Source of the DNA: the human T2T-CHM13v2.0 reference genome, Homo sapiens
Length of the DNA: 64,000 nt
Assembly (NCBI RefSeq): GCF_009914755.1
Contig: NC_060928.1
Direction: 5' to 3' (one strand)
A program made the translations under genes and the position numbers. Shown piece after piece: positions 1 through 12,379 of this stretch; the stretch's first letter is position 1, and the number at the start of each line of letters is the position of its first letter. Under the pieces are notes generated by a model. It was not told the DNA's origin and did no database searches. It worked only from the letters and a program-made list of their open reading frames with translations.

Positions 1-101
1 GCAATGAAATAATCTGTATAACAAACCCCATGACACATGTTTACCTATGTAACCCGCACATACTGCACATGTACCCATGAACTTAAAAGTTAAAAAAAAA
101 A
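1..101 (+). mobile_element. 3' end of an older primate L1 (L1PA13-16-like), cut by the window edge
   Basis: gaaataatctgtataacaaaccccatgacac...cacatgtacccatgaacttaaaagtt followed by poly(A) is a typical L1PA 3' terminus. Confidence 0.85.
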
Positions 102-366
102 CGAATTTATTTGGGCAGTATAGGTATCCCACTTTATAAAACTGGTATTATTTCTCAGAGACTAACTATAAAACACTTATTTCTATCAAATCCCCTATTT
201 TCTTTCTGATTCCATTATAAAACATCCTGTTCCTTCAGGTGCAAAAAATAGAATTACACTATTATAAAAGGACCCTTTAAGTTGACTTATGTTGTTTTAG
301 AAAATACCAATGTTAGCAATAAAATTTCTACAGATACAAACATTTTGACTATTAAAAGTCAAGAAA

Positions 367-815
<449 letters not shown>

Positions 816-954
816 TTACACAAAAATACTCTTTTTGCTAACTCTTAAATTATTAGAGCAACCTGCAACTCTTTTCCTAGTTTCTGGTTAAAAGATTTAA
901 ATTAGCTTGCTTATATAGTGTACACACGTATATATGTATGTATGTGCTGACTGA

Positions 955-1226
955 TTGAAACAGGGTCTCACCGTGTCACCCAGGCTAGAGCGCAGTGGTG
1001 TAATCTTGGCTCATTGCAGCCTCCCAGGCTCAAGTGATCCTCCCATCTCAAGCCTTCTGAGTAGCTGAGACTAAGATGCACGTCACCATGCTTGGCTAAT
1101 TTTTTAACTTTTTGTGGAGATGGGGTCTCTATATTACCCAAGCTAGTCTCAAACTCTTGGGCTCAAGCAATCCTGACTCAGTCTCCCAAAGTGCTGGGAT
1201 TACAGGCATGAGCCATCACACCCAGA
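955..1226 (-). mobile_element. Alu (AluJ-like)
   Basis: cagggtctcaccgtgtcacccaggct...caaagtgctgggattacaggcatgagcca; diverged, tail decayed. Confidence 0.92.
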
Positions 1227-1252
1227 CTACAGTATATTTTCTTTACAACGAA

Positions 1253-1256
<4 letters not shown>

Positions 1257-1297
<41 letters not shown>
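1257..1297. repeat. (TG)20 microsatellite
   Basis: Uninterrupted TG run read directly. Confidence 0.98.
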
Positions 1298-1299
<2 letters not shown>

Positions 1300-1503
1300 T
1301 TGACAAGCAACTTTTTAAGCTTATTCCCTTTTTCACTAGAATAATCTCCAATAACAACAAAGTAATAAAAGTCTGATTAAAGACAAATTATCTGACCAGG
1401 CAACTGCAATCTATAAATTAGTTCAGCAAGCTAATGTCAGATGTAAAAAGTTACCAGTAAAAGGAAGTAAGTGTGCTTTGGAACAAACAGGGAGGATATT
1501 GTT

Positions 1504-1960
1504 TGTGTTGGGTTGAACAACACGTTGTCCATCCCCCTGCAAATTCATATCTAGCTGGTACCTCAGAATGCAGCCTTATTAGAAATAGGGTCTAGGGTCT
1601 TCGCAGATGGAATCCGCAAAGTTAAAATGAGGTCATGCTGGATTTGTGTGGACCCTAAATCCAATGCCTGATGAAGGCCATGTGAAAACACAGAGACATC
1701 AGAGTGAAGAAGGCTGGGTGGTGAGAGGCAGACGAAATGATGCAGGCACAAGCCTAGGAATGCCAAGGACTGCTGGCAACCACCGAAAACTAGGAAGAAA
1801 GAAGAAGGGATTCTTCCTAGAGCCTTCAGAGAGTGCATGGCCCTGCTAACACCTTGATTTCAGACTTCCAGCCTCCAGAACTGAGAGAGAATAAATTTCT
1901 GTTGTTTTAATCTACAAAGTTTTTGGTAATTTGTTATAGCACCCCTAGGAAACTCATACA
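1504..1960 (+). mobile_element. MaLR solo LTR (MLT1C-like)
   Basis: TG...CA termini; gcatggccctgctaacaccttgatttcagacttccagcctccagaactgagagagaataaatttctgttg is the MLT1 3' signature. Confidence 0.88.
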
Positions 1961-3364
1961 GAATCTTTGACCAAAAGGCATGATTGGTGAAAAACAACTT
2001 TCCCGTGGCCCATTCATTCTTAAAGTGAAATACTAATGCAGCAAAGATACATAGTACTAGTGCAAATTCCTACTTCATACTAACAACCACACAATCTTTA
2101 CATTTCCTTCATCACTCTCACTGTAAACAATAGTGTCCACAAATCCAGGCAGCTCTGTGCACCCTGGACTGCTGGAAGGTTGAAGCAAAACCTAACTGTA
2201 AAACCGAAAGGCCCTGTATACAGCTTGTTACTCTAATACTATAACCATTAAGAAACGATACACTGCTTTTCTCTAATTATTTCTGAAACCCTCCCCTTAT
2301 TTACAGTATAAAAGCTAATGAAAATGTACTTGTGATCGTTGTAATTCACTGAAAATCTGACAGGAAAAAAGCCCACATGTAAAAACATCGACACACTCAA
2401 AATCTTTAAAGCTTTCTGGCTTATGTAACAATTTCAACCTGTATACGGCAGTTCAATAAATTCTAAATGAAAAGCTTTATGCAGAAGTGGCCAAAATTGG
2501 CAAAATAATTTCTTCCATACTCCCTCTATCAATTTGGTGCGTGTGCTTCAAGCTTTCAGCAAGGAGTGTTAAACACATGCTCTTCTCTTCTATAATATTT
2601 TGGTGGTTGCGTCACTAAGAAAATAGTTTATCAATGTACCACTTGTAACTGACTTTTTCAATGGAATTATGTAGTTACCTCAACCTCTTCAAAAAGATAA
2701 ATATAGTGCAAAAGCAAAAAACAACAAGAAGAAAAAAAGAAAATGAAAACTTCCAGGGATACAATTTAACTGTCTCATTCTTGTAGAAAAAAGATAGTTT
2801 GGGCTTAAATAGTTATTCTGAAGAGATTCTTGTCAGTTCAAGTAGAAGCTTTTGTAAATGTCTAAAATGAAGCACATTGTGGTTCTCACAATTCTATTTC
2901 CGTTGATGCAAAAGTGAATATTTACCACAATAAGCAAACACAATACCATTTCCCAAAACACTTAAATTCAGAAAAAACTATCTGCAATTAGTCAACTATG
3001 TCATAAAGCAGGCAGCACCTCGTGCTGACATTTTGCTGTTATTTTAGTCCCATTAAAACACTTTTTAAAAAATATCTGGTATTCTATTTTGACCAGTCCC
3101 ACATGGGGCCAAGACTGGCAGAAGTCATGGTAGGTTAGCATGAGTTTTCTTACTCCTCATCACAGCTCTGGAGGTGAAAAGCCAGAACAAGATCCATGCC
3201 AGGGCAGGAAAGAACTACATGTGAAAAGAAAGCAGGTACACTGTTGCTTTCCTCTCCCCAGGACTCCTCTACAGATCTTTCAAATCATAAAGTTTCTGTT
3301 GCCACGGCTATCAGTGCAATACCACAGGTTAAAAATAAAACCAGTGGTGGCCTATGCTGTTAGA

Positions 3365-3585
3365 GAAAGTTGGGTGCATAGGAAAAGACAAGCTTTGGGA
3401 CCAGGCAGGCGTGGGCTCCTATTTCTGACCCACTGCTGGTTAGCTGCGTGCTCTTGGGCAAGTTGCTCGAATCCCCAAAGTTTAATTTCTTCATTCAAGG
3501 GTTGTAAGGCTGAAGGGAGATCAAGTATGAAAAGCACCTAATGCTACTCAAGTCTACTACACTCAATAAATGTTACCTCCTTTTC
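3365..3585 (+). mobile_element. MIR SINE; its 3' end was the target of the L1PB insertion
   Basis: gctgcgtgctcttgggcaagttgctc...aaagcacctaatg...actcaataaatgtta MIR core and tail. Confidence 0.7.
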
Positions 3586-5962
3586 AAATGAAATTATATC
3601 AAGCACTCTCTCAGACCACAGTGGAATAAAACTGGAAATCAACTCCAAAAGGAACCTTCAAAACCATGCAAATACATGGAAATTAAATAACCTGCTCCTG
3701 AATCATTGGGTCAAAAATGAAATCAAGATGAAAATTTAAAAATTATTCTAACTGAGTGACAATAGTGACACAAACTATCAAAACCTATGGGACACAGCAA
3801 AAGGCAGTGCCAAGAGGAAAGTTCATAGCCCTAAACGCCTACATCAAAAAGTCTGAAACAGCACAGACATTCTAAGGTCACACCTCAAGGAACCGGAGAA
3901 ACAAGAACAAACCAAACCTGAACCCAGCAAAAGAAAGGAAATAACCAAGATCAGAGCAGAAGCAAATGAAATTGAAACAAACAAAAAATACAAAAGATAA
4001 ATGAAACAAAAAGCTGGTTCTTTGAAAAGATAAATCAAATTGATAGACCATTAGCAAGATTAACAAAGAAAAGAAGAGAGAAAATCCAAATAAGCTCAAT
4101 AAGAAACAAAACGAGAGACATTACAACTGACAACACAGAAATACAAAAGATCATTCGAGGTTACTATGAACACCTTTACATGCATAAACTAGAAAACCTA
4201 GAGGAGATGGATAAATTTCTAGAGAGATACAACCCTCCTAGCTTAATCAGGAAGAATTAGATACCCTGAACAGACAAATAACAAGCAGAGAGACTGAAAT
4301 GGTCATTTTAAAATTACCAAAAAAAAAAAAGTCCAGTACCAGATGGATTCACAGCAGAATTCTACCAGACATTCAAAGAAGAATTGATCCCAGTCCTATT
4401 GACACTATTCCGCAAGACAGAGAAAGAGGGAACCCTCCCTAAATCATTCTATGAAGCCAGCATCACCCTAATACCAAAACCAGGAAAGGATATAACCAAA
4501 AAAGAAAACTACAGACCAATATCCCTGATGAACACAGATGCTAAAATCCTTAACAAAGGACTAGCTAACCAAATCCAACAACATATCAAGAAGATAATCC
4601 ACCATGATCAAGTGGGTTTCATAAAAGGGATGCAGGTATGGTTTAACACACACAAGTCAATAAATGTGATACACCACATAAACAGAATTAAAAACAAAAA
4701 TCACATCATCATCTCAATAGATGCAGAAAAAGCATTCGACAAAATCCAGCATCCCTTTACGATTAAAACTCTGGGCAAAATTGCCTTACAAGGGACATAC
4801 CTCAATGTAATAAAAGCCATCTATGACAAACCCACAGCCAACATAATACTAAATGGGGAAAAGTTGAAATAATTCCCTCTGAGAACTGGAACAAGACAAG
4901 GATGCCCACCGTCACCACTCCTCTTCAACATACAAAATTAATGTACGCAGATCAGTAGCTCTTCTATATACCAACAGCGACCCAGCTGATAATCAAATCA
5001 AGAACTCAATCCCTTTTACAATAGCTGCAAAAAAAAAAAAAAAAACCTTAGGAATATACCTAACCAAGGAAGTGAAAGACCTCTACCAGGGAAACTACAA
5101 AACGCTGCTAAAAGAAATCATAGATGACACAAACAAATGGAAACACATCCCATGCTCATGACTGAGTAGAATCAATATTGTGAAAATGACCATACAGCCA
5201 AAAGCAATCTACAAATTCAATGCAATCCCCATCAAAATACCATCATTATTCTTTGAGGAATTAGAAAAAACAATTCTATAATTCATGTGGAACCAAAAAA
5301 GAACCAATAAAGCCAAAGCAAGACTAAGCAAAAAGAACAAATCTGGAGGCATCACATTACCTGACTTCAAACTATACTAAAGCCATAGTCACCACAATAG
5401 CATGGTACTGGTATAAAAATAGCCACATAGACCAATGGAACAGAATAGAGAACCCAGAAATAAACCCAAATCCTTATAGCCAACTGATCTTCGACAAGGC
5501 AAACAAAAACAAAGTGGGGGAGAAAAGCCTTTTTCAACAAATGGTGCTGTGATAATTGGCTGGCCACAGGTAGGAGAATGAAAATGGATCCTCACCTCTC
5601 ACCTTATACACAAATCAACTCAAGATGGATTAAGGACTTAAATCTAAGATGTGAAACTATAAAAATTCTTGAAGATAACACTGGAAAAAAAACCCTTCTA
5701 GACATTGGCTTAGGCAAGGATTTCATGACCAAGAACCCAAAAGCAAATACCATAAAAACAAAGATTAAATAGCTGGGACTTAATTATACTAAAGAGCTTT
5801 TGCACAGCAAAAGAAACAGTCAGCAGAGTAAACAGACAACCCACAGAGTGGGAGAAAATCTTCACAGTCTATACATCTGACAAAGGACTAATATCCAGAA
5901 TCTACAATGAACTCAAACAAATCAACAAGAAAAAAACAATCTCATCAAAAAGTGGGCTCAGG

Positions 5963-6148
5963 ACATGAATAGACAGTTCGCAAAAGAAGATATACAAATG
6001 GCCAACAAACATATGAAAAAAATGCTGAACATCACTAATGATCAGGGAAATGCAAACATGAATAGACAGTTCGCAAAAGAAGATATACAAATGGCCAACA
6101 AACATATGAAAAAAATGCTGAACATCACTAATGATCAGGGAAATGCAA
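5963..6148 (+). repeat. Exact 93-bp tandem duplication inside the L1
   Basis: 5963-6055 equals 6056-6148; the ORF track shows [31 protein letters not shown] twice. Confidence 0.97.
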
Positions 6149-6499
6149 ATGAAAACCATAATGCGATACCACCTTATTCCTGCAAGAATGGCCACAATCA
6201 AAAAATCAAAAAATAGTAGATGCTGGCATGGCTGCAGTGAACAAGGAACACTTCTACACTGCTGATGGGAATGTAAACTAGTACAACCACTATGGAAAAC
6301 AGCGTGGAGATTCCTTAAAGAACTAAAAGTAGAATTACCATTTGATCCAGCAATCCCACTACTGGGTATCTACCCAAAGGAAAAGAAGTCATTATATGAA
6401 AAAGATACTTGAACACACGTTTACAGCAGCACAATTCGCAATTGCAAAAACGTGAAACCAACCCAAATAGCCATCAACAAATGGATAAAGAAGCTGTTT

Positions 6500-6664
6500 C
6501 ATATATATATACATATATGTTTCTTTTATATATATATGATATATATGTGATATATATATCATATAGATGTGATATATATATCATATAGATGTGATATATA
6601 TATCATATATATGTGATATGTTTCTTTTATATATATATCATATATATGTGATATATATATATAT
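6500..6664. repeat. AT-rich (TA)n-derived expansion inside the L1PB
   Basis: Repeated atatagatgtgatatatatatc units and TA runs. Confidence 0.9.
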
Positions 6665-7929
6665 GATGGAATACTACTCAGCCATAAAAAGGAATAAATT
6701 AATGGCATTTGCAGCAACCTGGATGAGACTGGATACTATTATTCTAAGTGAAGTAACTCAGGAATGAAAAACCAAACATTGTATGTTCTCACTTATAAGT
6801 GGGAGCTAAGCTATGAGGATTCAAAGGCATAAGAATGACACAATGGACTTTGGGGACTCAGGGGGAAAGAGTGGGAAGGGAGTGAGGGATAATAGACCAC
6901 AAATAGAGCTCAGTGCATACTGCCCAAGTGATGGGTGTCCAAAATCTCACAAATCACCACTAAAGAACTCACTTATGTAACCAAACACCATCCATTCCCC
7001 AATAACCTATGGAAATAGTGAATGAATGAATGAATGTTAGCTCCTTTTCCTTTTCTCCTCCTTCCCCCAGGTAAGTTTAGGTTTAAATTTTAACTTTCAG
7101 CAGAAAAGCTGCAGATGTGTTAGCTTCCAACAGACAATGCACAAGGACTCCACCCCCAGAGAGTTATTTGGGGGATATTTATTCTTTTAAACATAAATAA
7201 GTGCCTGCAGCTATTCCAGGGCTGTTATGTTTTACTTCAGTATATACAGATATTAAGTCTGCAAGTTAAAACTGTCATTCCAAAATTGTTCCCTCTAGGA
7301 CAAATAAATAGACATTTACCCCGTTACTAAGGATGCTACGGCTTATTGTAATGGCTGAGTAATTATTACAGTGCAGGTCCTGTCAGGGAACACATCACTC
7401 ACTATGTATAATAAGGAGGTAAGGTCTCACCACATAGCTCTGCCAGTCACCTGAAGGAAAGGTCCCTCAGCCTGGGAACTGCAACTGAATATGAGTTTTC
7501 TATTTAGAAGTTAACACTCAGTGATGAAAACAGATAGAGTCTACGAGCCTTGGGAATAAATTAGCTGTTAACTTCAAAATCTGAACAAAAGGGACTGTTT
7601 CAGGTTTATGTTTCTTTGTTACTGTTACTGGTATTCTTTTCCTGCTTTTTCCCTCCTTAGATATTTGGTAAAGTCTTTTCTCAGCTGTACTAAGACAATC
7701 TCAAGGATAGAGTCTTTTTTTCATGTTTGTGCCAGACTTGTAAAAAGGGGCTAGCCTACTACCTTCGTAGTCAGCATGAAATATGCTGGAAAACTACCAA
7801 GAGAACATCCCAACATTTTTTTTAGAAAACAGAGACAGAGACACATACTCAGAGTGTATGAAGTTCAGGTAGTCGTCATCTAAAAATTTTTCTAGACAGT
7901 ACTAAAATTGCATGAGTGTCTGTTTTAGG

Positions 7930-8640
7930 CTTTTTGTACTATAAAATAAAGCATATAAAACTGCACAAAACCAAGATGTGCAGTTCAAGTATTTGTCACA
8001 AAGGGAAACACTCATGGAACAACCACCAGGACAAGACACAGAGTTTGCCAGAACCTAGAAGTGTGCCTTATGACCTTACTAGTAACTACCCTCTCCCTTT
8101 CCCAAAATGCAACCACAATCATGGCTTTTGCCTAAGTATGCATCCTTAGACACTCTGGTTTTGTTTTGCCTTTTAAAATGTTATTTAAATGGATCATGCA
8201 GGCTGTATTCTTTTGTGTCTGGCTTCTTTTGATCTATATTATATTTGTGAAATTTATCCATATGATTACGTGTGTCAGTTTATTACTTTTCATTGAAGCA
8301 TACTATTCCACTATACAAATATAAAACATTTTATCCATCTAATCTTGGTGAACACTTGAGCTCTTTCCAGGTGTTAGTTATTATGAATGATGCTATTATG
8401 AATGTTCTTGAATGTGTCTGTTGTTTGCATTTCTGTTAAGTGTATTCTAAGGAGTGAAACTGCTAGATCATAGGGTATGCATTTCATAAACTGTTGTACC
8501 AGTCTCCCAAAGTGATTGTATCAATGCATGTTCCCTACCAGCTGCATGATCCTGCTGCCTCACATCTCTGCCACACTTTGTGGGTATAGTGGTTTTGTCT
8601 CTCATCTGTAACAAATGACATTGAGCACCTTTTCAAAAGA
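7930..8640 (-). mobile_element. Ancient L1 (L1ME-like) 3' region
   Basis: tattcttttgtgtctggcttctttt...tactattccactata...ggagtgaaactgctagatcatagggtatgc antisense L1M signature. Confidence 0.75.
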
Positions 8641-9569
8641 CTATTTATCATATGTTTTAACTCTCATACATATATTTTAAAACCCAAGAAGACATTGATG
8701 TTGTTTTGTATGGTCATTAGGTATTTAGATTTTTCCACACAGTCACATTTATAGTTGCATTTTTGATCTTTCATCTGAGATAATTTTTATCCTGCCTAAA
8801 TAACATACTTTAACATTTCCTTTAGCTAAAGTCTGTTTGTTGGTATCAAAATTTTCCAGTTTGGCTGAAAATGTCTTTATTTCACTCTCATACTTGAAGA
8901 ATATGGTTGTTGGGTATAGAACTCCAGGTTGACAACTATTTACTTTCTAGATATTAAAGATGTTGTTCCATTGCCTTCTGCTGGCTACTGTTTCTTCTAA
9001 GAAGTCAGCTACTACTACTGGTTATAATTATACCTCCTAGGAAAATTTGTCTTTTTCCCCCCACTCTGGTTGCTTTCAAGATTTTATCTTTGTTTCTGCT
9101 TTTATTAGCATTACAGTGATATGTCTAGGTATGAGTTTCTTTTTTATTTATCATTCTTGGAGTTCACAGGATTTCTTGAGTTTGTAAATAGAAGTTATTT
9201 ATCAGTGTTACAAAGTTCCCAGCCATTTTCTATTCAAATACTGCGGTGCTCCACTTTAGTGCTCATCTACTTCTGAGATTCCATTTACAAGTATTTAGAA
9301 ATCTCGTACCATATCCTTTAGGTCTCTTAACCTTTCTTCTATATTTTCCAGTCCTTTTCTTCTCCATATTTTCTTTTACATATTTTCTTTCAGCTCTTTT
9401 TCAGTGTGTTAATCTTTTCTTTAGTTGTATCTGATTTGTTATAAACCTATGTAGTGAGTTGTTTATTTTGGTTATAATAATGTGCAGTTCTAGAATTTGC
9501 ACTGTTGTCTTTTATACTCACAAGTTCTCTTGAATTTTTGTCTTTGCTTGAAAACAGTAAGCACAATTA

Positions 9570-9844
9570 TTTTATTTTTATTCTTTTAATTTTTTTTAGA
9601 CAGAGTCTCACTTTGTTGCCCAGGCTGGAGTGCAGTGGTGCAATCTCGGCTCACTGCAACCTCCACCTCCCCAGTTCAGTTTACAGGTGTGCACCATTAT
9701 GACCAGGTAATTTTTATATTTTTAGTAGAGACAGGTTTTTGCCATGTTGGCCAGGCTGGTCTAGAACTCCTGACCTCAGGTGACCCACTCACCTTTGGCC
9801 TCCCAAAGTGTTGAGATTACAGGAGTGAGCCACCACGCCCAGCG
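9570..9844 (-). mobile_element. Alu (AluS-like) with an internal deletion of about 40 bp
   Basis: cacctccccagttcagtttacaggtgtgcacc lacks the gattctcctgcctcagcctcccgagtagctggg segment. Confidence 0.9.
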
Positions 9845-9968
9845 AACACAATAATTATAAAGTCTATTTCTATAATGCCAATCTATGAAGCTTTAATGTA
9901 TTTTTTTCTATTGCTATTGTTTCCCTAGTTTTTGCTGATATTTTCTTCCTACTTCAAGTGTGTGTTTA

Positions 9969-10176
9969 CAGTAAGTCCTCACTTAACATCATCAACAGGT
10001 TCTTGGAAACTGTGGCTTTAAGTAAAACACCATAAAATTAAGCCAATTTTTTCTTATCAACATTACAATGAAACACATTGAACAAAACAATGTTATTCAA
10101 GGACCTGCTATATGTGTCATTTCACTTAAAATCAGTTTCTGAGAACCTATAGACAATGTTAGGTAACGATGTACTA
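9969..10176. mobile_element. MER6B-like Tigger-family MITE (quasi-palindromic)
   Basis: TA|cagtaagtcctcacttaacatcatcaacaggttcttggaaactg...tcagtttctgagaacctatagacaatgttagg...gtacta|TA; long terminal inverted repeats and TA target duplication. Confidence 0.8.
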
Positions 10177-10720
10177 TATTTTTTATGGTGTGCTACTGCT
10201 TTTGCAAAACTGTTAGTAGAAGTAATTTGAGAACTAGGATATTATTAACATATTCTTCCAGGGAATTTAAACTTGTTCCCGCCAGATCTTGTGGGACTAG
10301 TACTGTAGAATCACCTTAATCTAATTTCAGGGCATGAGAAAATTAGAAGCTGGACTTCCTTTCTTCCCAATTTTGGACCCATAATTCTTTACTATGTTAT
10401 AACCTCTCCAATGCCTCCAAGCAGACTTTTTTATACTTTATCTTGCTTTTCTAGTCTCCTTCATCAGGAATGTTAATCCAAATTACTTGCTCTACCATTA
10501 CAGAAAGCTCCTGGCCCTATGTTTCATTTTAATAAGCTGTTCCTTTACTATATCACCTTAAACCCTATAACTTAATCTATGAAGTAGGTCTATTATTGCT
10601 TTAGTTTTATCCAATAAGACATGTTAATCTCTATTTTTAAGTCTGTTAATTAGTTTTGCCTATTTAAAAAATAATGAATAAAAAAGCACTCAAAAAAGTA
10701 ACAGAAAAGGTCATCCTTAA

Positions 10721-11031
<311 letters not shown>

Positions 11032-11072
11032 AATTCTATAACTTTTATTTTTACTTATAAAAAAGCCCACCC

Positions 11073-11369
11073 AGCAGGGCGCAGAGGCTTACGACTGTAA
11101 TCCCAGCACTTTGGAAGGCCAGGGCAGGTGGATCACCTGAGGTCAGGAGTTCAAAAACCAGCCTGGCCAACATTGTGAAACCCCGTCTCTACTAAAAACA
11201 CAAAAATTAGCCAGTCGTGGTGGTGCCCCTGTAATCCCAGCTACTCAGGAGGCTGAGGCAGGAGAATCGCTTGAACCCAGGAGGCAGACGTTACAGTGAG
11301 CCAAGATTGCGCCACTGTACTCCAGCCTGGGCGACAAAAGCAACACTCTGTCTCAAAAAAAAAAAAAAA
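11073..11369 (+). mobile_element. Alu (AluSx/Sq-like)
   Basis: Full dimer; TSD aaaaagcccacc on both sides. Confidence 0.95.
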
Positions 11370-12379
11370 GCCCACCTTAGAATAATTGTGTTTGTTGTTA
11401 TATGTCTTATAAAACAAATTGTGTACAGAATGATGTAATAACCCTTTCATAAGTATAAACTTACTGACACTTTTTTTTATAAAATCACAAATTCAAAGAC
11501 CTGATACTACTACAACTAATAAATGATGAAATTTCTTCAGCGCTTTTTGGTTAGAATAATATTATATTATATCCCTTTAAAATACTACTAAAAGTGGACT
11601 CCAGATTATAATAAGACTCTGATCAAGATAAAATACACAAAGTTTCAACTGTTTTCTTTGCTGTATAAGAAAACTGTGGTTCATACACTTGCTCAGACTG
11701 CCAAATACAAAGTGACCCCTCAAAATTAGAATGTTCTCCTTTAAATGTAGAAATGTAAAGGCTTCATAATACTATTGTGCTTTAAGAAAAATCAATTGGT
11801 CCAAATTATTGCATCTAATGAGATTTTCCAGGCTTTCTGGCAATATTTGTGAGTTGGAGAAAAAGGCAAATTGCCTTATGGAAACATCTGAAACAAGGTC
11901 CTCTGTCTCCATCTTCATTTGCTTTCCATAATCACAAATTGGTTTTCAGGTTACTGTGGCTTTCAACACTTTAAACCACAAATGAAGGCCTAATTCTTAG
12001 CATACTGGCACAATGAATACTTTTAACATCCCCAGTTATATTAATATTAGTGTTCTCCTTCTGTACTGCAAACAGTCTACAAATAGAGTGTTAAATCAGC
12101 AGATTCTTCATGCTTAATATGCTGTAATTTTCCATAGGACTAGTCAATATAAATGTATACTTTAAAATATACACATTTGTGAATGTCCACAAAATACATA
12201 TACTTGTTTTTGCTTTTTATATTATGCTAAATATAGTATATATGTATTAATACATGCATCCTGATTTGTATATTTTGAAACATATTTACATTATTAGAAA
12301 TAATGCATTCTCTATGGAAATACATCAAATGATCTTTTTTAGAGCATCTAATTTGTATAAATCTTTACACATGTATACA

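Larger units (their letters stand above)
3586..7032 (+). mobile_element. 5'-truncated L1PB1-like LINE (broken ORF2 plus 3'UTR) with 17-bp TSD
   Basis: ORF 4384-4872 gives L1 RT motifs ([22 protein letters not shown]); L1PB 3'UTR gagctaagctatgaggat...aataacctatggaaat; TSD aatgttacctccttttc (3569-3585) / aatgttagctccttttc (7033-7049). Confidence 0.95.
8690..10330 (-). mobile_element. Ancient L1M/HAL1 ORF1-region fragment, interrupted by an Alu and a MER6
   Basis: ctgaaaatgtctttatttcactctcatacttgaaga...tgggtatagaactccaggttgaca...ttcccagccattttctattcaaata. Confidence 0.6.

Noticed and set aside
4384-4872. 162-aa ORF with reverse-transcriptase motifs
   Set aside because: It is a fragment of dead L1 ORF2, with flanking frameshifts, a stop and the catalytic motif deleted. 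It is not a gene or a novel RT system.
5963-6148. Direct repeats (also 22393-22464) as a possible CRISPR-like array
   Set aside because: Only two adjacent copies, no spacers, no cas genes, and a primate genomic context.
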